A DNA stretch of 53,133 nt, filler included, from Asterionella formosa (lineage: Eukaryota): assembly GCA_002256025.1 (NCBI GenBank). It is 4 parts of 4 records of this genome, joined end to end, with 100 filler letters (N's around TTAATTAATTAA, not from the genome) between each part and the next. Parts side by side here need not be neighbours in the genome. Positions count along the whole stretch, not along the records: positions 1 to 13,227 come from NKIB01006870.1; 3 more parts are not named here. One strand, 5' to 3'. The notes under the pieces were generated by a model. It worked only from the letters and a program-made list of their open reading frames with translations. It searched no databases and was not told where the DNA came from. The position numbers and the translations under genes are program-made. Below, in pieces: positions 1 to 11,006 of the stretch (the first letter of the stretch is position 1; each line of letters begins with the position of its first letter).

Positions 1-2
1 GA

Positions 3-116
3 TATGCTGCTGCAAGAGAAGAAAATGTTCATCTACCTTATGAACATTACCTTACTACGGGTAGTAGTGTTCGGAAAAACATGATGCAGTTTGAAGGAGA
101 AATGGAAGAGATCTAA
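3..116 (+). CDS. 3' end of an unidentified coding region entering from the left edge
   Basis: Open frame YAAAREENVHLPYEHYLTTGSSVRKNMMQFEGEMEEI* ends in TAA at 114-116, followed by AT-rich sequence. Confidence 0.35.
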   Translation, partial: YAAAREENVHLPYEHYLTTGSSVRKNMMQFEGEMEEI

Positions 117-1308
117 CCGTAACACATATACCTAGCTGTTAGTAAATGATAACTAATTTCGTATCTATGAAACAATGCATTTGCAGAGGATGTTATTTCT
201 ATATATCTCCAACGTCTGCGCATCCTGCCAATATCTAATCATTACCTCAATCGTTTCGACTGGTGGCATCGAGTAAAACATTTGCGAGAATGAATGGATC
301 GGTGGGATATTGATCACAAACAGGAAGAAACATAATTTTTCGTGAGCGGTACTAGCTAGTACTTTACTAGTACATCTAGTAGTTGCTCGTTGGCTGTATT
401 ATTCTAGGCAAAAACTGATGAGCTTTCATCTTTCATCACTTAATTGCATCATTGAATGAAAATCAAGGATTGTCTACCACTGTACTGATGTGGTACATAT
501 ATATAAAATACGTATCATAAAAAGACACAATGGCTGATAGTCAGCTAGTAGTAGTAGGAGTAACAATATGCTATTCTAACAATCCACGCTTGTAGATACA
601 GAATTTGGACCGGACGAAACAATTAGCAAGACCGCGCCGGTGTTTTTCTGGTAGAAAGTACGTTGTTGTGGTACAACGAAAGAATCCAGGCCGCGCCAGG
701 AGTTTTGCCACACAGCATGAGGGTCCACAAACACAAAAATTAGCATGGTGAAAAAGTAAGCAATCAATGCGGCCAACAGCCAATCACCCCCTACTGGCTC
801 TTCAACAGCTAGATTAACATGTTTTTGTTGTGTATCTAAATGCTAGTATGGCTTGTCAGCTCATGCATTGTTGTTGATAACAGGCAGGAACAATGAGGTC
901 CGAAATGAAAGTTGTTCTGGTAAGATTACTGCGCTATTTTGATAGCTATATGAGCAACGCTACTGATAACTCACAATGATCTTCCTCTACATTCAATTGA
1001 CATTGCAGCAACCCCTTTCAATTCAGAAGCATTCAGATGAAATCCAGGATTGAGTATTGTTGCTTACTGATTCTGTGTTAATGTCTTATGATAACAGGGC
1101 TCCGTAAATCATGAGTTGATATTGTGCCTTGGCGTGCTGTTTGTCATGCTGCCAGCTGCTGCTGTATTTTATTAATGTAACACAAAACAAAACAAAATTG
1201 GTAAGTGCTCTTGTCATTGGACTTATTCACTTCTGATGGAACGTAACTGACGGACACTCCACTTTACCTTCTCTCAAAATTAAGATAACGAAAATGAATC
1301 GGTAAGTT

Positions 1309-1545
1309 TTATTCAGCAACATTGGATGCCTTTGGCTCATTGTCAATGTTGTTAGCTATTGTGCCTCTGTTTGTATGTGTTGAGTATTGGCAATATTCAG
1401 ACAAGCGTAAACCGGTGTACAGGGCCAGGGTTGGCCAATCGGCCAAGGATGTGGTGAGGCTGTTTGGGTTGGATTCATTTTGTGCTTGTTTGCAGAGGAA
1501 ATTAAACATTTCTTTGGTAAAAGGGGACACTACCATTATTCTTTT
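1309..1545 (-). pseudogene. Tyrosine recombinase fragment (DIRS/Ngaro/Crypton-like element relic)
   Basis: DWPTLALYTGLRLSEYCQ resembles the box I (L-x-x-x-TG-L-R-x-S-E) of tyrosine recombinases. The downstream HxxR and Y motifs cannot be recovered. Confidence 0.55.
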
Positions 1546-2204
1546 CCTGTTTCCCAATGCTAGCAAGCCACTTTTATTGAAACTCGCACAAAGATTGCAA
1601 AGTCTTCAGGTCGCAGACAATTTGGGCAAAATATCTTGCCAGAACCAACAACATATCATTCAATTGCTCCCTATCAACCTACTCAAACCTGTCCTCCTCA
1701 ATTTTCCAAGCCACAAACACGTACATCAGCCAGTATATTTTCGACACATCCTGCTCCTCCTCCTGCCGGATGATAGCAGAAGTATGCATTGCCAGCACCA
1801 AACCTCCACTATCAACAAGCTGTTGCTCCTAAGCCTCCTCCGCCACCTCCGCCACCTCCACCACAACATCACGAAGTCAATCCAGAAACCACTCCCTCCA
1901 AATCTATTCATGCATCGGTTTCTGCTGCTCCAGGCCCAATATGAACATTTCTGAAATTTGAATGCGACGACAAAAAAAGTGTGAGTTGACATTTCTTATT
2001 AATAAAAAAGAGTGGACAAATTTTCACACGATTTTTCCGCTGACCCATTTTCTTTTTCACTTTTTATTCTACTCCCTGCTTGACATTTTCACGTCTTACG
2101 TTTCGATTTCCGTTTCATACTTTGGTTGCTTAACAACATCGTTTCGAATTTTTGATGAATCATATACCAGTACCGGTATACTCGGTGGTCCATGCATTTT
2201 TGAT
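1546..2204. repeat. Dispersed ~650-bp repeat, copy A (copy B at ~22275-22965)
   Basis: Shared blocks include ttcccaatgctagcaa, gaaactcgcacaaagattg, tttttccgctgacccattt, ttattctactccctgcttg and the end ccatgcatttttgat. Confidence 0.85.
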
Positions 2205-3117
2205 TGGACGCGTTGGAGAAGGAACGTACAGCATTGTGTACAAGGCCCGAGACAAACACACAAACCAGCTGGTGGCCCTCAAACGGTGTTTACCTCACCA
2301 GGAAGCCACTGAAGGGTTTCCGCTAACTACACTTCGGGAGATTGCTACGCTCCAAAGCAGCCAACACCATCCAAACATTATTCAACTCCAAACAGTGGCA
2401 GTCTCATCCTCGGCTGTCTTTCTCGTGTTTGACTACTGCCCTCATGATCTGGCTCAACTAGTTGATCAGCACTATCAGATACATCGCATGTCACCGTTTT
2501 CTCTGCCTCAAGTCAAGCGTCTCTTGTTGCAACTCTTCTCAGCGCTGGAATTTATACATGCTCGAAACATATTACATCGTGATTTAGAGCTCGCCAATTT
2601 GTTATATGATGGTGAGCTGAAATTGGCAGACTTTGGACTGAGTCGCAAGTACAAAGTGCCATTGACCCCCAAGGTGATGTCATTGTGGTATCGACCACCA
2701 GAGCTGTTGTTGGGTGCCTCCAGGTATAACGAGTCCATCGACATTTGGGGAGCTGGCTGTGTCATGGGAGAACTGCTATTGGGAAAACCACTTTGGACAT
2801 GCAAGACAGAGATGGAAATGATCAGAACACTCTTCAACGAACTAGGCACACCACATGAGGCCATATGGTCAGGTATTTTAGAACTACCCTATATTGCAAA
2901 TGAGACCATTGAACTTCCCACCATAGTTTTACCTGCAAAACTGTGGGATCGCTTTCCTGAAATATCACCAGTTGGTCTCACATTATTTTCCAATTTAATG
3001 ATGTGGGATCCCAGTAAACGATGGACTGCTCAACAGGCAAGCAAGTCGATTTATTTTGATGAATTGCCCATGCCAACACCAGACAGTGCCATGCCAAGAT
3101 TCCATGACAGAAAATAG
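2152..3117 (+). pseudogene. CDK10/CDK11 (PITSLRE-type) kinase, 5'-truncated and probably catalytically impaired
   Basis: Motifs GEGTYSIVY, VALK, GFPLTTLREI, HRDLELAN, DFG, SLWYRPPE and DIWGAG. The first ~17 codons lie inside the dispersed repeat, and the catalytic-loop K is E. Confidence 0.75.
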
Positions 3118-3267
3118 ACAGACAATTTGCTAATATTTAAAATGTTATATAAATGAATCGAATCAATACCAGCAGATGCTTGGTATTTTACTACTATCAT
3201 GGAATTCTGGCCGCCTTAAGATATAAATTGAGTATGCATCTACACAAATCATCAGAGCAAAAAATGA

Positions 3268-4146
3268 TTAAGAACAATACGTGAAACAGTGGCTACCACA
3301 TTTGCAAATCAGTGGTGGGCAAACATAAATGCTCTGTATTTTTGCAATATTACATGCTTCTGTTGGAACTGGCCCTGTAAAATTGTTCTTTCCAAAAGAT
3401 AATGTGGCTGTCAAGAAAGTGAAATTTTAGAACAAATGGTCATAAAATGTAAGTTTCAGATAAACAAAACTTACTCAATGAAGACATGAGACCAATTTCT
3501 GTGGGAATTGCACCAGTAAACATATTGAAATGAATCTGAAAATTATTGAGACTGGTCAAATTGCCAATTTCTGCTGGAAGTACACCAGTCAACTGATTAA
3601 CTTGTAGATACAATAACGTTAGATTTGTCAAGAATCCAATCTCTGTAGGAAGTGTTCCATTGAAATGGTTTGTGTTTGCTTGAAGGTTTCAATTTCATCA
3701 ACAAAAGTGGCATTCACTGTCTCATGTTGGACTTCCTCTGAGGCATGAATGGCAAGTGGTTGATGACCGATTCCATAGGACTCCTCTACATTCCATTCAT
3801 TATTTGTTGCTTCAGCACTAGGACTTGGACGATCTCTCGCTCCCACCGCAACGGCTCCAGGCAGTGTTAGTGGAGGTGCTTGTTCTTCATGCTCAACCGC
3901 CACCTTGGAAGTTTCCTGGTACGAAATTTTAGACCCTCGCCCAGCCTTGTGGTCAACATGTCCCCTCTCATCAAACACTTCTCCATGTGAAGAGTCCGAG
4001 TCCCGTGCTCGTTCTTCCTCTTTTGCTTCGTCAGCAAAAGGCAAGCTGGCATCAATGCTCTTCTTTTTTGCAGTTAGATAAGGTTTTTTTGCACTTACGT
4101 GATCACCTGGGCTGCCTTTCTTGATATCCTTTTTATCATCGTTTAT
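3268..4146 (-). pseudogene. Membrane LRR protein pseudogene, paralog of 11007-12751
   Basis: Aligns with the paralog (PFADEAKEEER, TLPGAVAVG, VNAT, FTGAIPTEIGLMSSL, same last intron, Cys-rich tail). Start is ATA instead of ATG at 4146-4144. A deletion near 3690 removes the TM and LRR-cap region and shifts the frame. Confidence 0.8.
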
Positions 4147-4424
4147 AATGCTGATTGGATATTGTGTTTAACACTCAGAATAAGCATAACAGTAAGGCAT
4201 GTTATGTGAAGAATATTATATAAAGCATTACCTAATCAAACCAGCGAAATATCGGTTGCAATATTGCTCAAGGGAGGTTCGGGAAATGAAGATTGTTTGT
4301 TGGTTTGAGTTTTTACCATAGGTATAAGTATGCTAAGTTTCTTAAGTATTATGTGAAGACCTCCTTAGGGCCAAGCGTTATACATCGCGAGGTCTGTTTA
4401 TCTCTCAAATGTTTTTATGATGTT

Positions 4425-5149
4425 CTTCAATCAACACGTACTTACAACTAAATACAATAGTTAAAGGTAAAATTAGCTTTCACCAATACGACCACTTTGC
4501 ATATGCTTAGATACAATCATTGCTCGACTGAAGGGTACATACGATCTATATTCAGATATGGCTACCTCATTTCTGGAGAGAAGTGGCAGTTAACTCTCTT
4601 GGAATCGAAACTATACCCAAAAAAGGGGCTGCGAAGCTTTCAAAAAATCTTCGAGGGATAACTGCCACTTCTCTGCAGAAGTTAACTCCTGACGTTATAG
4701 GGTACACGGCTATCTATTTTAATCTTTATAAAACCCCGTAGATGTAGAGCAATCATCCTCCAAAAGACGACCCGATCGGCTTTTTCAACAGTCGCCAAAA
4801 TATTGGAATCAGAATTTGTACGTCCAAAAACGTTCTCGTATACCGGTACTAAGAGTCTAGCGTACTAGGTATGTTTTGCTGATTAATGCTTTGTCCGAAA
4901 AGACTCCAGGGTAAGTTCCCGCGTCTCTACACATATTCTGATTGGTTGAATTGAATTTACTCACCTGCTCCAGATTCGCTTAAGTATCCCGGTCTTGTAA
5001 AATCACGCCAGCCACATTTGAGCCACACATATTAGATGTACTGAATACTGGTTGGTAAAATCAGTACCGGTACTATGTACTGGTAGCACATCCTGTCTTC
5101 CCGAAACAAGATTATGTACTACCTGGTTCTCCGAGTACCTGGTACCTGG
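4425..5149. repeat. Dispersed ~500-700-bp repeat abutting a gypsy LTR, copy A (copy B at ~29805-30317)
   Basis: Shared blocks include ttagctttcaccaata, accccgtagatgtagagcaatc, ttttcaacagtcgccaaaatattggaatcag, tccgaaaagactccaggg and cttgtaaaatcacgccagccac. Copy A has an extra ~200 bp. Confidence 0.85.
4571..4680. repeat. Inverted repeat/hairpin (MITE-like) within the insertion unique to repeat copy A
   Basis: ttctggagagaagtggcagtta and taactgccacttctctgcagaa are 21/22 reverse-complementary. Confidence 0.7.
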
Positions 5150-5347
5150 TGAAGTATCTAACTTGAAGTAGTAGTATTTGTTGAATTTATGAGCTTATTA
5201 ATTAATCCTTACTATGTAAAACTCATTTCCTGAACTGACATCAAAGTATACAATGGGTGTTAGTCGAGTTCTCTCATTATTGAATTCCGATATATTTGAT
5301 GTAACCCTAACCCTATATACATCTGTATCGATATGCAGGATTGCTCA
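5150..5347 (-). mobile_element. Gypsy 3' LTR (copy 1)
   Basis: TG...CA ends, preceded by the purine-rich tract aagtgtgggagag. Near-identical to the LTRs at 14380-14574 and 41205-41399. Confidence 0.9.
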
Positions 5348-5373
5348 CTCTCCCACACTTGAGGGAAAACCTT

Positions 5374-6365
5374 TTACCTATGAAAAGGTTTGATGCGACG
5401 AATATTAATTCGCTCTGTAATGTGCATAGTGCGTTGAAAAGTAACTGTACCATTGGCATGTACTTGAATAATACTATAAGGACCTCGTCCACGATCATCC
5501 AAAGTAGTAGGATTATCCAATATTATTAAAATCTCGTCACCCACTTTGTAATCATAAGATCGATGACGGAAATTAGCACGACGTAAACGTTCGTCAATTA
5601 TCACTTGTCGACGTTGATATATTAATTGTAAATCTGTAATCAAAGGAATATTTAATATCATATCACGTTGAAAAACCCATGCTCCTGGTGAAATACGTAA
5701 TATACTTTGAATAGTAGCTCGAGCTGCATATGACGCAGCTACAAAACATGTATCCACAATATTTTGGGCTTGAAATTCATTGATTGGAGGATGACCCTTT
5801 AACATAACTTGTAGACTATTGCTGATAGATTGATGTAAACGTTCACAGATAGCATTTGCTTGTGGATTCTTTACTTTAGTGGTCACATCTTTGATTTCAT
5901 TCAATACTAACATTTGTAAGAAAGGAATACCAGTAAATTCACCTCCATTGTCATGTATACAACGTTCTGGACAGGGATATCTGGCTAACCAATCATTTTC
6001 AACTTTCATTGCAATATATTTTGATGTTTTATTGATGATACGTGAAATTTCTGCTAAATTGGTGACTGTGTCAATACAAGTTAGAGCACGAAATTCAATC
6101 GTTTGAGCAGCCACTGTTATCTTCCATGGACCAATTAGATCTACTGCGACTTCTGACCATGGTAATAATAATGCATTCCTGGGTGGAAGTTAACCAAAAC
6201 CAGTACCAGGTAATTTTGTATGTTGACATGCTTCACATACTCTTGCAATATGTTCCACTCTTGCTTTTAATGTAGGGTGATAAAAATTTGTAGCAATTGT
6301 AGCATTTAATCTTGTCATACCCACATGAGCTAACATCTGATGATACCAATTAATAAAAGGATCTA
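5374..6365 (-). mobile_element. Gypsy integrase fragment (copy 1)
   Basis: VAVDLIGPW, IHDNGGEF and NPQANAICER (DDE core), and a GPY/F motif (GPYSIIQVHANGTV). One stop near 6190; 5'-truncated. Confidence 0.92.
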
Positions 6366-6379
6366 ATTGAGTTTATTCA

Positions 6380-7300
6380 AATCGGCAATCTCCACGGGAA
6401 TACTACCAGTCAATTAATTTACCCCCAGTAGCAATGCCGTGAGGCCTGTCAACATTCCAATTTCCTTTAGAAATTTACCAGTCAGCTGGTTTTCAAATAC
6501 TTGAAGAGATGTAAGGCTTGTCAATAGACCGGTTTCCGCATTAATTAGACCCGAGTATTTATTGTTCGACACAGAAAGAAACTCAGATCTTTCAAGGATC
6601 CGACCACTTTGGGAAGCATGCCTGTGAATTGGTTGTTTTGCACATCCAAATCAGTGATTTTAGTCAAACTGCCAATCCCCGTGGGAAGTGTCCCAGTCAA
6701 CATGTTGTCCTGCATTATAAATTGTGGCTGTTTTTTGATCAAAAATCCGATTTCTGTTGAAATCGTCCTGTAAGCTGGTTTTGGAAAACAAAACACGCCG
6801 TAAGGTTTGACGATTTTCCCAGCTCACTTGGCATGATGAAATCAGTGTATTTCTTTCCAAACTTAAAAGCCCTTGGTAGGAACAAGATGAAGTATCTTCC
6901 ATTAGTGACATATAAGTTTTCTTTTAGAGACCATCAGGATGGGATGTACCCAAGCTTCACAAGTGATCAATTTCAGCAGGAATGGACCCCTCTAAGGAAA
7001 TGATCCTGCTATCATCTTCGCTACAACTCAAACCACCCCAATCACAAAAGAAGATACTACTCAGCCATGATGAGCTGTCACTAATCTTATTGGGACCATG
7101 TTTTTCCACTAGTTTAACTGCAACTACAACTGCCAGATTTGAAAAAACAATTGTTTTTTCATATGACACCATAATGTTTATCATTCGATGTGGTCGCTGA
7201 TATTTCTCTTCAACCCCCGTATCGAGTAATGTCGCACTGGCCAATAGCTACAAGAGAAGGGGATTCTTCAAAAAGGGTCGCATTCAATGTTGTCTCCATT
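6380..7300 (-). pseudogene. Degraded membrane LRR protein (third paralog)
   Basis: RMINIMVS...LAVVVAV matches the TM region of the intact paralog. Also SWLSSIFFCDWGGLSC (cap) and LRRs (NMLTGTLPTGIGSLTKITDLDVQNNQFTG). Multiple frameshifts. Confidence 0.75.
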
Positions 7301-8779
7301 TGTCCCTCTTCAATTTCATGAGCATTATGCGGAGCATGCGTAATCGCAGGAAGAATGTTGGCGATCCATGATTCATAATCTGCCCCCTAAAAAGTCAATC
7401 TTTCAAGACCTGGACTTTTTGCCCTTTTCCATTCTCCCCTTAGTATCAGTTAGTCCCCTTCCTTCGTCGTCCTGGTCTTCAAAGAGAGGATTCGGATGCC
7501 AGGGCAATAGCATGGCAAAAGTTGTTGTACATAACTAGGAATTTACAAATTTTATAACTATATACATGGCAAATATATTTGAAATCATTCTGACATGTTA
7601 ACAAACAATTCCTACAACGATCGTAATTCGGTTCAAAACTCTTCCATATGAGGTTATAAAGAATCTTCTATTTCAGCAGCCTTATCAGAACGTCGTTCCC
7701 GCTTAGCTAAAATTGAACCATCAATTGCCAAAAACCTTGTGAGTTACTATGAATATTGATGACTTTATTGAGTGGGAATTGGCTTGAGTCACGCTTTATC
7801 GTTTTGCGCAGTCAAAGGCATTTGACAGGGGAAGCCAAGGATATCAAGTCTGGTGTGATGTTCTTGCTCCAGTGTAATTTATAGGCAGGGCAAGCTGTGG
7901 TGAAGCATTTCTAACACGAGACAAATCTGGTGTGACCAAGCCAAATTTCAAATCAATCTTTGGGCACAGTGTGAATTGCAATCACGTTTTGTTGGTTTGC
8001 AGATCAATGCCAGTACAGAAGCATTTTGCTTCTTGGTGCTGAAAAGAAAATTCCGATCGCAACCAAAATATTTGGGTTTCAATCCACATACCCATGAAAT
8101 GATGTCAGAGAACGATATTTGTGATTCTACTGATTTTGTCGACATGTGGAAAACCACTTATCAAAAGTACTCGTTTATTACAAGGAAATCTACACTGGAC
8201 TTTCACAAAAGAATCGATCTCAATATGGAAGGAATCCTAGTGGAATTGCTACTTCCACCACAAATATCATCTACCCACACTCATACTTCAAGAGGATATG
8301 CATCAATATGTTGAGCCACTTCAACCAAATGTTCCTGAGAAGAATATTGATTACAATGACCGCATTAATCAACGGGACATTGATGACGACGTTGATTTTA
8401 AATGGATCTAATAGAATCCAATGCATACTTAGTAGTTACATATTAAATATAGTTAGTGTGAGACTTCTACAATGCAAACCATATCATAGATGTAAGGAAA
8501 ACATTGACGCTGCTCTATACTACTAGTAGTGGCGCCTGTACTGTATATAGCGGTATACCTCCAGTTTTACTACTATGGTGGAGTGAGAATTTCACGACTC
8601 TGTATTGTCCAGCACAGCAGTTTCGGAGTGGTGCCAAATTTATTATTATTAATTCATTTTCATTCTATCCCGTTCATATCCTGACTTGGTCATCATTTGC
8701 AATGTCTTTGCGGACATTGCAATGGTGTTATCTTTGTAACTACAAGCTTCGGAAGAACAAATCCCCATCTGAGTCTCAC

Positions 8780-9270
8780 AATCGAAATTGTAGCAACCGT
8801 CCCCCAAACCACCTGTCACTTTGTGATTCATGCTTTCTGCAGGGGTATCTCAACCAGCAAGATATCGGTTGCAACCAGGCTCTCCGAGGTAGAATAAGCC
8901 ACCAATGCAGCAAAGCGAACACAAGGTATTGCCAGATCCGCGGCTTTCTTACAGAAATCACTCGTGAAATCCAATGGTCCTCTAACTTGATCAATGATTT
9001 ATGGACTTTTAGTATTGACTGTTGGAATGCCCGAAATAAATTTTTGTTTGGAGAATCCGATGATGAACAGATTGCCATATCAAGCACGGAGTTGGATAAA
9101 AATATTACAAAGTATTACAGCAATTCCGATCGAGTGCACCCCAATGACAGATCGTTATTTCCATTTCCTGGGGTGCTTTGAATTAAACATCATACACTGA
9201 GACAGAAATTGCTGTGGATCAAAACAGTTGAAACATCGCTACATGCGTGGGACACCAGGACTCAGACATC
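8780..9270 (+). mobile_element. Non-LTR retrotransposon (Ambal/CRE-like) C-terminal relic
   Basis: QQDIGCNQALRGRIS...WSSNLINDLWTFSIDCWNARN...DRSLF...LLWIK resembles the Q..IGW...GR.S..W / W..RN tail of diatom non-LTR polyproteins. Confidence 0.6.
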
Positions 9271-9937
9271 AATACAAGGCGAAGGAGCTTGGCTCCACCT
9301 CATGATGGGAAATTTTAGAGGGCCGCTGCCCCTGCTTACGCTTCCGCCCACCATAGGCTTTCTTCCTTACTTGTGTCTCTACTGTGGGAACCAGTGCGAT
9401 CATTAGTTAGTTTTAACGTACTTCGAAAATTTGTTCCCCCCCCTATACATTGAGCTGAGTAGAGAGAGAAACGTTGGGTTGCTGGCCTGCAGAATCATAG
9501 ATAGGATTGCTAAATTTGATAGTTAAATTACAATCCATTTCAATCTATTTTGAACAATGCTTGTGATTAGAATTATGATCATTTCTAAGATAGAAATACA
9601 ATGAAACAATTCAAATGATAGCATAAAGCTTAGCTGATTTTAGGATGCATTGTAGTAATAATTTACATTTGGCGATCACGAGAAGTGAAAATAATATGAG
9701 AAGATTTATGATATTGATGAGAAATGTTGTAAATCAGTTGATATACATTGTTTGATGATAATGTTTTTATTATCATTATGCTTCAAGTTCGGTAAAATTA
9801 TAATAAATCATCATAGTTACAGGATACCTTGATCATAGTTTTGATCCAAAAATTATCATATATTTGAAAATCCTTTGCCACTTAGTAGCATACAATACCC
9901 TTGATCCTACTTTATGCATGATACTTTTTATTTGCAG

Positions 9938-10146
9938 ACGAAGGCAGTTACCAAGAATACTATTTTCCTGGAATCTACGCTTAAGAAGAAACACAACTCA
10001 ATTGCTTATCATTGTTCAAGAGAGGCAGTTGCAGCGGGCACAATTAGAGTGACATAAGGGGATGAAAAGACAAATTTGGCCGATTTGCTAAGTAAGCCAC
10101 TGGCACAAGCAACCAAAGAATTTTATGTGATCGATTCATGTATTGA
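9938..10146 (+). mobile_element. Copia (CoDi-like) RNase H tail fragment, followed by a probable PPT/LTR relic near 10285-10540
   Basis: Reads EAVTKNTIFLESTLKKKHNSIAYHCSREAVAAGTIRV...TNLADLLSKPL...RFMY*, homologous to the end of the pol ORF at 41849. The PPT-like caaggggac matches gaggggac of that element. Confidence 0.8.
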
Positions 10147-11006
10147 GATTGAACACAGCCTACTAGGTTCATCAAGCGTCATGAGATGCTTGGTTACCTC
10201 CTGGACATGCAAGACATGTGGCTTTGAAAACCAGGTAATAGATTTGTTGTGAGCAGCATCTCGGTCTCCTTCACTCACATTGCTCAAGGGGACCAAACAA
10301 TTAAGGTTGGCGCGAAGCACGTAGCGATACATAGCAGTATGGTACAGCGGTGACTAGTCGTTATTGCAGGCAGGCATTAGCGATAGAGTGAAAGTGTCTG
10401 TTAGTTAGCAATATTGAAAGCATGAAGTGAGTAATCAATCTCATCGCTTACTCTTTTTCCAATTAATCCTTTTAATACCACAGCTTTACCTTTTACCCTT
10501 ATCTAAGTAGCGAAGTCACCATGTTGGACTTCACACAGCGATTTTGATTTGCAGAAGCTTGTATAATATAAATGAAGTAAATTTAAAATTGACGACTACA
10601 TATCAAAAAAACGTTTTTTGGCTTTTTCGATTTTCAATGTTCTTCGAACCATCTGTTGGTGCCATCAAATCGATGCAATTGTTTCGAATGGAGGGAGAAC
10701 CTATCACACAAATAATGAAATGGATGCGTTTCATGCGGAGAAATATTCTGTGCAAGTTACAAAGCAAATTTTATTGGAATTGATATAAATAGTTATTGAT
10801 TTGCTAGATATTTAGTTCGACATGTTACTCACGAATTCCTCTGACTAACCTAGTATAGTGCAAAAAAGCATGTCTGTCCAAAAATCAGAAGGACCATAAT
10901 GGGGCTTTAAAGTTCAAACAAGCAGATGCTTGCAAGTCCAACTATTCCAGAAGCTCGAAGATAAAAAATGTGTATGCATGTTCACAAATCATCAAAGCAA
11001 AGGTGA

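Noticed and set aside
1322..1954. 210-aa + strand ORF
   Set aside because: Spans the junction between the YR relic and the repeat, is low-complexity, and is not kept open in repeat copy B.
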